Positions 38,904 through 51,284 of a stretch of DNA of 64,000 nucleotides are shown piece by piece. Each line of letters opens with the position of its first letter. Position 1 is the first letter of the stretch. The translations under genes and the position numbers were made by a program. Source of the DNA: Octopus bimaculoides (Eukaryota); NCBI RefSeq assembly GCF_001194135.2, contig NC_068990.1:67218646-67282645 (forward strand), in the 5' to 3' direction. The notes below the pieces were generated by a model. The model was given only the letters and a program-made list of their open reading frames with translations. It was not told the DNA's origin and made no database searches.

Positions 38904-39884
38904 AGCTCCCAGCCTTCTCTACTGTCTTACTTGAAGCCAAAAGCAATTCTTTATCTCCTTGGAATACCTATCTCCATAACAGCCACATCACTTGGAATTA
39001 CATTTTCACCTAAAACCAGTATGGAGATATTTTAGTCATGTATTATTCTTCAGCATTCATTTCTTTTATGATTCTTAAGAATATCTTAAATATTAATCCT
39101 TCTCATAACAGCCTTTCTACATATTTAATGGAAGCTGTATTCATGGGATTGGATAGTTAGCAGGTAAAAATGAGAAAAACTTCAATCCCAGAGGTCAGAA
39201 GGATTAAATTCGCATTATGGCCACAAGGATGCATCATAGCATTCACATCAATGTAACAACGATCACTGGCTAATGATTGTTTGTATGACAGTTGTTTTCT
39301 TGAAGAAGAGTTGACTAAGATAAAGTAGGAGTAGAGTAAATTATAAAAGTCTGGCACCAGTTACTACAATGAATTTATTGCTTTCCCATATATTTCACAT
39401 TCCCACTCTACTACCATATCAGAAAGTTTTCGAGTTCTTTCTGCAAGAATGTTCATTGCCATCATTTGATGCCCTCTTTACCATGCTCTACATGGGACAA
39501 ATTGAATTTGTTGAGGCAGCTTTTCTATGGCCTGATGTCTTTCCTGTCACCAATCCTCACCTGTTTTCAAGCAAGCTAAAATATTGCTAAGGCCAGATAT
39601 GTTTTGATACAAAAGACTGGAGATGATCAACATCATTTATAACTATCATTAATGTCATGACATGGCACACACATAAACTCACACATCAGACAAAAGGGAA
39701 TTTAGAAATCCAAGCTGTTTCTTGACAGCATTCCTAAGAATACTGGCTAGCAGAGTGCAGAGATAGGGTACACACACACTTGCTATTCTTAAACAAGAAT
39801 ATTGTTGACAAGGATTTCAAAGTTCCAGTCAGCAAAGCTGAAAATTTGAAGTCACTGTCAACAACATTCCTAAAAATAAACAAT

Positions 39885-41416
39885 AACATCATCCTTTAAC
39901 GTCTGCTTTCCATGCTAGCATGGGTTGGACGATTTAACTGAGGACTGGTGAACCGGATAGCTGCACCAGGCTCCAATCTGATCTGGCAGAGTTTCTACAG
40001 CTGGATGCTCTTCCTAACTCCAACCACTCCGAGAGTGTAGTGGGTGCTTTTACGTGCCACTGGCACGAGGGTCAGTCACACAATACTGGCAACAGCCACG
40101 CCTAAAATGGTGTTTTTTATGTGCCACCTGCACAGGAGCTAGCCCAGCAGCACTGGCAATGACCTCGCTCGAATGATTTTCTAACGTGCCAGTAAGGCGA
40201 TGCTGGTAATGATCACACTCAAATGGTGCTATTTACGGGCCACTAGCACGGAAGCCAGACAACTGCTCTGGCAATGGTCATGCTCAGATAGTGCTGTTAG
40301 TGCTCCACTGGCACAGGTGCCAGTCATCGAAAATGGTTCAATTACAATTTCGATTTCACTTGTCCCAACAGGTCTTCGCAAGCAGAGTTTAGTGTCCAAT
40401 GAAGGAGAGGTTGGCATGGGTGCCACTCGTAGAATTTGGTTTGATTTCGATTTCAAATTCACTTGCCTCAACATGTCTTCGCACACGGAGAGTTTAGTGT
40501 CCAATGAAGTAAATATATGAATAAGTGAGCTGGCTACACTTCTGGCAGAGGCCACAGATTATGCTCTCACTTGGCTTGCTGGGTCTTCTCACGTACTGCA
40601 TATTTCCAAAGGTCCCGGTCACTAGTCATTGCCTCGGTGAGGCCTAAAATTCAAAGGTCGTGCTTCACCACCTCATCCCAGGTCTTCCTGGGTCTACCTC
40701 TTCCACAAGTTCACTCAACCACTAGGGTGTGGCACTTTTTCACACAGCTATCCTCATCCATTCTTGCCACATGTCCATACCAGTGCAATCGTCTCTCTTG
40801 CACACCACAACTGATGCNNNNNNNNNNNNNNNNNNNNNNNNNNNNNNNNNNNNNNNNNNNNNNNNNNNNNNNNNNNNNNNNNNNNNNNNNNNNNNNNNNN
40901 NNNNNNNNNNNNNNNNNNNNNNNNNNNNNNNNNNNNNNNNNNNNNNNNNNNNNNNNNNNNNNNNNNNNNNNNNNNNNNNNNNNNNNNNNNNNNNNNNNNN
41001 NNNNNNNNNNNNNNNNNNNNNNNNNNNNNNNNNNNNNNNNNNNNNNNNNNNNNNNNNNNNNNNNNNNNNNNNNNNNNNNNNNNNNNNNNNNNNNNNNNNN
41101 NNNNNNNNNNNNCCGCTACAAACTTGGTCACCTAGATAGTGCAAGCTATCAACTACTTCTAGTTTTCTCCCTGGAGTGTGGCAAAGGTTATTTTCTGCAC
41201 ATTTTCAGTGTTTATTGCTCCTGAGCATCTGCCACATACAAAAACTATCTTGCTAGTTAGCTCCCTTTGATATTGCTGCACCTCTTATGTGTCCATAGCT
41301 TACACTGGGTACATCTTATGGAGTTTCTACTTACGCCTTTTCTACAGATCGAGCAGGGCCATCTAACTGAAAGGGTTTGTGTTTTGACTACCTTCCTACT
41401 TATTAGGACTTTGGTG
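39885..41416 (-). mobile_element. RTE LINE 3' portion: RT C-terminal region with PHD-like finger, ORF end at 40567, ~680-nt 3' UTR; gap at 40818-41113
   Basis: TKVLISRK, WPCSICRK, NSIRCTQCKLWTHKRCS, FVCGRCSG, LEVVDSLHYLGDQ; after the gap QERRLHWYGHVARMDEDSCVKKC, RGRPRKTWDEVVKHDL, DRDLWKYAVREKTQQAK*. Confidence 0.9.
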
Positions 41417-41424
41417 ACACATAA

Positions 41425-41603
41425 AAACACGTAAAAGCGCTCACTATACTCTCAGAGTGGTTGGCGTTAGGGAGGGTATCCAGCTGTAGAAACTCTACCA
41501 GATCAGATTGGAGCCTGGTGCAGCCATCTGGCTCACTGGTCCCCAGTCAAACCGTCCAACCCATGCCGGCATGGAAATCGGACGTTAAACGATGATGATG
41601 ATA
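41425..41603 (+). mobile_element. RTE-derived 3' tail
   Basis: acgtaaaagcgctcactatactctcagagtggttggcgttagg...ggacgttaaacgatgatgatg. Confidence 0.9.
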
Positions 41604-43579
41604 TACAAATGCATGTGTGTGTATGTATATATATATCTATGTATATGAAAGAAGAAAAAAATGGAGATTAGGAAGTTAATAATTGTTTATATATATATAT
41701 ATATATATATATACAATAATGGAGAAAGCTGCTTATTAATTAGGTATGTAAAAATTATTAAAAGTAATAAAAGAAAGCAATTATTAAAGGGTTGACTGTC
41801 TGGAAATATTTTTATAAATTCATGTTCTAAGAACTTTCCTATAATTTCGATTTCTCAAGTTTATTGAATTTTTTCAACTCCAATTTCTTGCAAATTTAAA
41901 TATTCAGTACGTCCAATTCATCACAAATTTAAATATTTATTGCATTTACTGCGGAGTATTCCATTTCCATTTGCAAAGTCTCTCACTTTCTCTTTTAAGT
42001 TTTAATTCGCTATTTGGAAAACCAACTGTTTATTCTATTAATGTGTACATAATGGAAAGACATTATTTATTAAATGTAAATTTTTTTAAATACCCATATA
42101 ATTTTTGAGCGTGGGATAGCTATGAGAAGAGCCTAGAAAGTTGGGTAATTACTATTAGAAGATGAGGAGTTAAAAAAAGATATTAATAAGTACTTGAAAC
42201 TTGCACCTTATTCACAATTTCTAAACACTCTCTACCACTAAGCCAATACTTATACACAACCAAGTTGCACGATCAACTTCAACAGTGACACACACACACA
42301 CACACACCAATGATAGGCGATGGATGTGTGTGTGTGTGTTCTATGCACTGACAAAACTTNNNNNNNNNNGTGAGCAGGTCGTGGTTTCAAAGTGATGAAA
42401 ATATTTTGACACAAATGAAGTTTTAATGTTGAAGTGAAACTAACTGTTTTTGTGTGTTCTTGAATGGCTTACAAACATCTTCCACTCTGCAATTGTTTTT
42501 GTTTCACCAAGTACATCACTGTAATTTTTTTAAATCACTGTGGACAAATGCTAGCAATGACCTGCTCAGGCTCTCTAATATTTTAATTTCTAAGCAGAAA
42601 CGATCAGGAGCAGAGAGTGAGGTTGCAAAAAATTCATAATTTCCCAAATTTTCTTTTTTATAACATATAGATGTATTTACGGGGAAAAATATTGAAAATC
42701 ATCAATACATGCGAGAATGATAAAGGAACGAATAGGGTTGTCTTTGGAACAGCCAAATCGCCCTTAAATCACACACTTTTCCCTCTGAAAATATTAGCAA
42801 TTTTTTTTCTGTTTTTCTTTTTTTTTTTTTACCAAAAATGCTCTTCCCAAGGTTTTGAAGAAGAAGGGAAAGGAATTAAAAGAAAGATGATAAAAGAGGA
42901 AATCGGAAATAATGAAGATGAGTGAGAGGGGAATTGGCGAAATATACTAAAGATGGAGAAAGAAAGAGAGTGACAGAGAAGGGGAGACAGAGAGAAAGAA
43001 AGTGAAATAGAGAGGGAGAGAGAGTGAGTGTGAAGAGAGATGAGATGAGGTGTAACTAAAACAGAAAGGATATGAAAGAACTAAGATATTCTTGTCAGAA
43101 GCTCTCTAGGTTTAGCATTTGTTAAATATTGGTAACAAGTTTAGTGTAAGTCTTTAAACAACACATATTGATTACAGTATTAAACTGTTTACTTGTTGTT
43201 CTTCAATAAAGAGATTGTAATTGAGTTGAAGTTGCAGCAAAATCCAAGACCAACATATTCTTCTCCAAAACTTTAAGACACTAAAGAAGGAATTTAATGT
43301 AGAATTGTGTTTGAATTTGAAGGTTGTTCTCAAACAGTAGAATTTCTTTTGAATTTACTGTCTAAATTTACTATTTCTATCCTTAACCATCATTTTTTTT
43401 TATTAAGGTCCTTCTGGCCACTGCTTTCATAGACCAGAGCTCATACATATCATTTGGTTTGGGTTCTATAACCAGATGCCCTTTCTATTACCAACTACTT
43501 TATAGAATGTACGGGGTGCATTTTCTCCTGATAGCAACACAAGATAAATTAAATAGTCTTCAGCAGGACAGGACCATAA

Positions 43580-43860
43580 AGAACGCACAATCTTATAGTT
43601 TACTGGCACTCCACTGGTTACAATGACAAGGATTCCAGTTGATCTGTTCAATGGAACAGTTTGCTTGTGGAACAGCCTGTTTACCATGCAAGTGGCTGAG
43701 ACTTCTGCAGACATACATACCTTTAATGCAGTTCTCATGGAGATTGAGTATGACAAGGTGTCCCTTTGAAATACAGGTACAACACATTTTTGCAAGCTGA
43801 GTAGACTGGAGCAATGTGAAATAAAGTGCCTTGCTCAAGGACACAATGTGCTGAGGGATA
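43580..43860 (-). mobile_element. SINE with a CORE-like centre and the family B 3' tail
   Basis: Minus: gtgtccttgagcaaggcactttatttcacattgctccagtc, then cctgtatttcaaaggg...cagccacttgca...gatcaactggaatcc as in family B. Confidence 0.7.
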
Positions 43861-44004
43861 TTGAACATACATGCACACACACACATATACATAGGCACTT
43901 GCATGCCTACATGCACACAAACACATGTATGTACACACACACACACACATATAGGCTTACCTCTACTTCATTTCTTCTCACTATGCATGCATGAGTGAGT
44001 GTGT

Positions 44005-44100
44005 GTAGTGTACCTTGGGCAAGTGTTATCTCCTATAGCCCCAGGCCAATCAAAGCCTTGTGAGGGGACTTGATCGATGGAAGCTGAAAGAACCCAGTCT
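44005..44100 (+). mobile_element. SINE family A fragment
   Basis: gtaccttgggcaagtgtt...caaagccttgtgag. Confidence 0.65.
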
Positions 44101-44140
<40 letters not shown>

Positions 44141-44290
44141 TACACACACACATTTATGTGTATATACATGTTTGTGCATTACTGTTTACTGCCTTGACAT
44201 TGTGTAGGTGTTGTAATGCAAGCAAGTCCTTTATTTCTTTCTACTCTGAAAACATATGGGGAAATATTACTTATGACTGACAGACAGACC

Positions 44291-44334
<44 letters not shown>

Positions 44335-45088
44335 CATAGATAAATAGACAGATAGATACACACACATGCATACACGTTTGCTCATCAGTGCCTTTTCTCT
44401 CATTCTATTATAGAATGTTTTTAGATCATCATTCTCACCTCTTCTTCAATCTATTACAAGCTCAGAAAAAAATCCTTTATCTTTGTTCTCAGCTATTCTT
44501 GTTTTCATTGTTATAAGAACCTCTTATCTCATTCTTCTCTCCTAACCCTAAGTAACCCATCTATTTTTTTTTTTATATTTCATTTTTCTTTCTTTTTATG
44601 GTATGCATTCTTGTTACATCTCTAGATGATGGAAGATGTGTATTGTGTGTCCAAAAATACTTTAAATTTAGTTAGCCGTTTGAAAGCTTTGGTTTTACTG
44701 TGTTTATATCTCTGTTTGTATGTACATATGAGTTGCTGTGCGTTCATTCATAGAACCACATAGGAAATACATAAGATATATCTACCCACAGTACTAAATG
44801 ACAAAAGTAATTTCCTTATCATGTTCAGAATGGTTACTTCTGTGAATTGCCATCTGAAGAACGCTTGGCTAGAGCAAAAAAATATCTGTGTAATGGCTAA
44901 AATAAGACTGTAATCAATCTTTATAGAACTATAGTAACTTCACCAAACATATTTGGTCCTCTTTGCAAGAAAAATGAAAATACAACAAATACATAACCGT
45001 GCTTGTACACACACACACACACACACACACATACATACAGATATACACACACATGAATATATGTGCATGTGTATGCAATTATGTAATG

Positions 45089-45128
<40 letters not shown>

Positions 45129-45377
45129 CAAGTATGTGTGTATCTGTAAAGCGAGACAATTCCAACTTGCCCAGAAAGGGATTTTACTATGAAGAATTTT
45201 GTTTCGGGGCTTTTTCTTTTACTACCAAGCTGACCAAGATTGTATTCTTACCTGCATTAGTAAAGGGCTTACGTGCCTCTGGCAAGCAGGTTTGATAGGT
45301 TGCCTATATTGCTAAGAGTAATAGACATGAAACCAATGGTAACTTTCTGACTGGCCGTAACCAGTGACTACATAAAA

Positions 45378-45442
<65 letters not shown>

Positions 45443-46684
45443 NNNNNNNNNNNNNNNNNNNNNNNNNNNNNNNNNNNNNNNNNNNNNNNNNNNNNNNNNN
45501 NNNNNNNNNNNNNNNNNNNNNNNNNNNNNNNNNNNNNNNNNNNTTATCAAGTATATTTTATTTTTACTGAAAATGCCAATATTAGCAATTAAAAAAACTA
45601 CTGATAGAGACCATGATTTTGTATCGTTAATTTTAAATCATAGTTTCCTTGTGATATTTGTTCTGTTTTATCCGAGAATAACTCCTTATTGAAGCAGTTA
45701 AGAAGGATCAGCATCATTGAGGAATCCCTACAGAAACCTGAAAAATGCTGCTGTTTTTCACAAAATTTACTGGATAAAAATGTTAAATTTATATATATAT
45801 ATATATAAGGTTGAGGAGGGTATTCCCAGAAACAGCTGTAAGACTATCCATAAAATACTTCTCCAACCTTACCATTGCTCTCTTTATCTTTTTATTTTTA
45901 TATATTTACATATATATATATGGTGGCCTAAAAGTCACTTGACTATTTTTAGCTATAATAATATTTTACAATTAAATTTTTTCAATTTTTTTATTTCAAA
46001 ATGTTGACATGCAATTCTTAGAAAATAATCATTTAAAAAATTCATTACTGGTGAGCTCTTTCTAAAGTAAAAATAATCAAATTTTGTCTATAAAAATCAA
46101 TGATCAGTTGTATTAACCCAAAGAGTTTGCATTCATCATTTTCAGATCAGACAACCACCATCTAAAAGAAGTGATACTCAACTTAATCTGGCAGAACAAC
46201 AAGGGGCTGTGATTGATTTACCATGTGTAGGAAGGTTACATTCAGAGAGGTTTTAGAACAACATTCAATGTTCACTATGGAACATGGAAGAAAAGCCTCC
46301 AACATCAACCCAAAGGTGGGGTCCCGTAGCTGGGCATATCCCAAAGCTCACTATGAAGGATTTAAAGGATGTTGAATTTATTTCCATTTAAAGTGCAGCT
46401 TGTGTAGAAACTGAAACCAGGAGATTATCGAGCATGACTAGTGTAAGATCAAGAAACTCTAAATTCAGATGACTCTCATGCTCACCTGATTTAATGGCTT
46501 TTTCTAATGTGAATATCTGTAAGACAGAGTATACCATAACAAACTTTGGGCTATCCAGCAATTTAAGGTGAACAAATTGAAGAAACATTACGATTGGAAC
46601 ACTCTTTAGAAAGTGCTCACCATTGCCAATAATAAAATGAAGGCCATATAAAGGGACATAATTTACAAAACTAATTAAGAATGT

Positions 46685-47540
46685 TGCAAACGAAGCTAAA
46701 GCACACAGAGTGAAGCCATTTGGCACAGATTAATTTTAGACTCTGTTGTGCATATACACTAAGTTTTAACATTCTAGCTTACTTCCGTTGTTTACAGCAG
46801 CACTTGGAAGGAATGTGTATAGCATGTGATTGCTGCATTGACCATGACAGTGGAAGATGTGATGGTAATACCTGCTCAAAGGTCTATGCAAAGTTGCAGA
46901 AATTGTATGGAGAGGAGTGTTTGAGCTGTACACAAGTTTACGAGTGGTTCAAACGTTTCCAAGATGGCTGAAAAAATATTGATATTGATGAACGTTCTGG
47001 GAGAGCTGCAACCAGCAGAACTGAGAAAAACATTGCAGATGTATATACAGCTTTGAGGGGAAATTGTCGAATTACCATCCATGAGTTATCAGAGGATGTG
47101 CAAGTTATTACAGTTGAGTCCATTATCACTGATGATTTGGGTTTGAGATGAGTGTCTTCTAAGTTTGTGCCAAAATGGCGTTCAGCTGATCAAAAAATAC
47201 TTGGGTTTCAGCTGCACGAGATCTCCTTGATTGTGTCGAGAATGATGAAAACTTTTTGAAAACTTTGCATAGGCCTCTGAGCAGATATCACCAAGCTTTT
47301 GGCAAAATTTGATACAGATTCTTGGCTCAACTTACTCTGTCATGGTCAATGCAATGATCACATGCTACACATGTTCATTTCAGGCACTCCAATAAACAGC
47401 AGAAGTAAGCTAGAACATTAAAACTTAGTGCACATCCAGAACAGAATTTAAGGTCAATCTGTGCCAAGTGGCTTTACTCTGCGTGCTACAGCTTCATTAC
47501 TATGGCAACAGTCTGGATACTTATTGATCAGACCACATGT
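46685..47540. mobile_element. Mariner element made of two inward-facing 5' ends
   Basis: 46691-46850 is an inverted repeat of ~47337-47505; the right copy carries the terminus tgtggtctgatcaataagtatccaga and MTE*VEPRICIKFCQKLG on the minus strand. Confidence 0.8.
46844..47263 (+). pseudogene. Mariner transposase N-terminal fragment (HTH region to the WVP-equivalent linker)
   Basis: KLQKLYGEECLSCTQVYEWFKRFQDG*KNIDIDERSGRAATS, RITIHELSE, DDLGLR*VSSKFVPK, ENDENFLK. Confidence 0.85.
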
Positions 47541-47597
47541 GTGTTGGAAATTTTATATATATATATACGAATCTCCTGTTTGATATGCATTCATATA

Positions 47598-47629
<32 letters not shown>

Positions 47630-47660
47630 CACATACATATATATATATATATATACACAC

Positions 47661-47695
<35 letters not shown>

Positions 47696-48239
47696 TATAC
47701 ACATATATATTTGTTTAGAAATTACCTTTGCAATTGATCTATCTAGATTATTAATTTATTTATCAAGCAAATACATTATTGTACATTCAGTGACAACACA
47801 CGTGTGACATTGTAAATAGTATAATAACATTATATGTTTGAAGTATCTCCTTGTATAGTTTAATAATTTACACACTGAATCACAACAGTTTTGGTTTGCA
47901 TTGGATTGTGAAAGATTGTTTATGGTTACCTACCATTCCATTTGCTAAGATTAGCTGATTTGTTCAGATTTAACCATGTAGCATCAAATTACCATCAGTG
48001 CCATTGATTTGATGCCTGTTTCTTTTTTTTTGTTTTTTTTTCCCCCTTTTCTTTGTTCCGCTTTTGAATGGTTTGACATGACACTTGATTGAGCAGTTTT
48101 TTGTATGCAAACATTCGTGGTGCCAACCCTTGTTTCCAAATAGGGTATTTATGCCACTGGTCTTTTACATGATGACCCTTCCTGTGGTTGAACATGTGTT
48201 TATGGCAGATGTAAATGATGACACTGCCTAAATGGGAGC

Positions 48240-48271
<32 letters not shown>

Positions 48272-49233
48272 ATGTGGCTGCTATTTTATGTTTATGTACA
48301 TATATGTGACATATAATTGTGCTATCAGTCTTTACAAATATGATAGATACAAAGGGCATGCTATATATGTATGTATGTGGCTCCATCTGTTGGCATGTGC
48401 ACAACAATAAATATGATCCATAGCACACCATAATTATAAAATATTGTGCAATAACATTTACTTTATGTGAACATGAAGTTGGTGACTTATGCTATCTATG
48501 CTGGTGCAACATTGTGAAAATCTGTCATCACTGTGAAACAACTATATCAACTGTGTGTGTGTGTGTAAGAAAAACAAGGTAGATTTATATAATAATTCCT
48601 ATCCTTACAACAGTTCCAGTGACTCTAAGATAACCATTTCATCAGAAGAGAAACATAAAGCAGATGCTTAGGTGATAAAACAATGAAACTTGTAGTATTA
48701 TAGATTATATGCAGTTCAAAATAAATGGTTACACACTGTGCTTATCTGGTCTTTAATAACAAATTATGTGTGTGTGCATATGTTGTTGTTTTTTTTGTGC
48801 TTGTATATGTGTGTGTTTCTATTTAAGCATAGTAAAAAGCAAACAGATAGAAAAGCAAATGGCATATGTATGAAATAATATTAAAATATGAAAACCTTTT
48901 GGGAGTCACTGAGTTATCACATTTTAATCTTTCTTTTAAAGTCACTTTTGATATTTTTGTTTTGTTTATTTTGTAAACATGTTTCAACTATTCAGTTCTT
49001 CATTTAATTAGTGATAACATTTAATTTAATTATCTTTGTAGAGATACCAATGTCTCTGTTTGTATGCTTTGTGAAGATAGGTGGTTATGGCTTTCATATG
49101 AACAACTTTTTAATTGAATTATGTTGACACTAACATTCTGTCTCATGATCTCTGTGGCTATCATCAAAAACTGTTCTTACCAAAGCCATTCTACCTTACA
49201 TTTATGATCAATGTATATGGGAATACACTAAGC

Positions 49234-49559
49234 CAGTGGTTCTCAACCATTTTTTGCCTATGGACCCCTTTGACTACTATTTCGTTCTGGTGGACCCCCA
49301 TAGCCATTCATCTTTTAAAAACAAGTTTTATTGGTATTTCTTTCAAAATTCTTATTTTGTTTATCACTTGTGTAGGTGAACTATGTAAAAACATTAGAGA
49401 AAGAAACCTGTCTTTTACAATAAATACATCTAAAGCAAATTTTTTTCATGGATCCATAAAATACTAATGTGGACCTAATTTACTATTTTGCTTGGGTGGA
49501 CAGCCAAAAATCTTGTATGGATCTCAAGAGGTCATATAGACGCCAGTTGAGAACCACTG
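49234..49559. mobile_element. hAT (Charlie-type) MITE
   Basis: Perfect 14-bp TIR cagtggttctcaac / gttgagaaccactg; right flank ctctagtt resembles the Charlie target; TSD degenerate. Confidence 0.8.
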
Positions 49560-50312
49560 CTCTAGTTTATGTCACCTTACTGTCTTCTCGTGTCCCTTCC
49601 TTATTTAACTTCCTCAGATCTGGGCCCCTGTGTCTAACTTTTCTCTCCACCTGGGCTCTCAAGCAAAAAAATTAATAGTTGTATATACAGCTCAAGAGTA
49701 ACAATAGCTGGAAAACTAATGGACAGAATCAGCTGCATTTTCTTTATCTATGTATGTTGTTCATTATCACTCTATCAGAAATTAAGCAGAAATGATATTC
49801 AGCTGATTCCTGCTATTGCAGGAATACAGAATTTCAGGTTTAAGATGTGGAGGATTGATTTGAAGGATATCTAGCTACTATTTCTAACAGTCTGGGCAAC
49901 ATAAAAATATATGGTCATTTTATGATTTTCCCCTGGGCAGTATTTGACACTGTGGACCAATAGTCAAAAATGTTCCAAGCTATGACTACCCCATCTATTT
50001 TAGCAGCAACTAGGAGCACATCATCTCAGCTATGTCCTTCTTTTTTTAAAGATAATGATGTTACTATTGGTTACTATTTCTAGCTTTCTTGCAATCATAT
50101 ATAGATTGCATAGGAAATCACTATTATGTATAAAAGTTTCTTTCAACTTTGAATTATGAGAAGGATATGTCACACTGAATCTCTTCTGGGATAGAACTGT
50201 TCTTTTATAGGTTGTCTTCAAATTCCAACAAAGGTGTAGAACCGTTATTGATATATTTTTAGATAGCAAAGAGAAATATACGTGTAAAAAATCAAACAAC
50301 ACTAATTTGTTT

Positions 50313-50540
50313 TTAACCCTTTAGCATTCTGATTGCTTTGCCAAATGTAGTGCTTATTTATTCACATTGTTTGGAATTAATCATGCATTATCTCATAGCA
50401 TTGAGATTTTCATGATGTGATTATTTATCTTTAGAATGACATAGTAGGGTAGGCATGAGAGGCTGGATCAGATCAGTTTGAACAGAAAACAAATAGAATA
50501 TTTGGGCCAGATATGGTTGGTTTAAATGGTGAAGGGTTAA
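50313..50540 (+). mobile_element. piggyBac-type MITE family 1
   Basis: ttaaccctttagcatt...aatggtgaagggttaa; TTAA at both ends. Confidence 0.8.
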
Positions 50541-50689
50541 TCTAGACAAGGTTTAACAATTCTTTCATAAATATTTTTGGGGCTACTACAAGATGCCACA
50601 GATAAACCTTTCATATTCACATGACTGTTAGAGTCAGACTACCAAATTTAGGATGGTTAGTAATAGTGTTTACATGTAACACTATCCTG

Positions 50690-50845
50690 GTGGCATGTGG
50701 CACTAGGAAAAGCTTCCAGCCACAAAAATACCATACCACGACACACAATTGGAGTCTGGACAACTCCCTGGCTGGCCAGCTCCATGCCAAAACATCCAAC
50801 CCATGCCAGCATGGAAAACGGATGTAAAATGATTATGATGATGTC
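50690..50845 (+). mobile_element. RTE-derived 3' tail, degenerate
   Basis: catccaacccatgccagcatggaaaacggatgtaaaatgattatgatg. Confidence 0.65.
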
Positions 50846-51284
50846 ATCAATGTATTCTCATATATTTTTCCCAGTGATCATCAGGTTTGAGACTGGTAAC
50901 TGTAAAATGTGAAAGTTGAATTTTTTGTTGCAACTTGTGCTGTCATAGGCATCTTTTATATTCTACCAATGAGCAATTATTGTCCAGGTATACAAGTGTT
51001 CAAGACTGAACAACCATAGAAACGTCTTTGTGACAATGGCCTAGCTCACATTAACTGTATTGAATGGAAAACTAATGATTAGTAACCATTGGTTTCTGTG
51101 TGTGTGTGTGTGAGAGAGAAAGAGAGAGGAACACTGAACAAATAATTATAGGTGTAAGGAATGTATTCATTTGAAAATTTTATTATACATCTTACATAAT
51201 CCAAGCTGGTCTTGGTCTTTACACCTGTTTCAGATGATCAGTGAATGAGTGATGTAATAATGCATATTATGTTTATGAGTAATA

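Noticed and set aside
39157-39357. MHPCGH resembling a RING-finger PCGH motif, behind a good acceptor
   Set aside because: The other RING cysteines are absent and there is no splice donor after the motif.
46388-46726. 112-aa hydrophobic minus-strand ORF
   Set aside because: It begins inside the mariner arm and has no domain signature; only the 31-nt exon candidate within it was kept.
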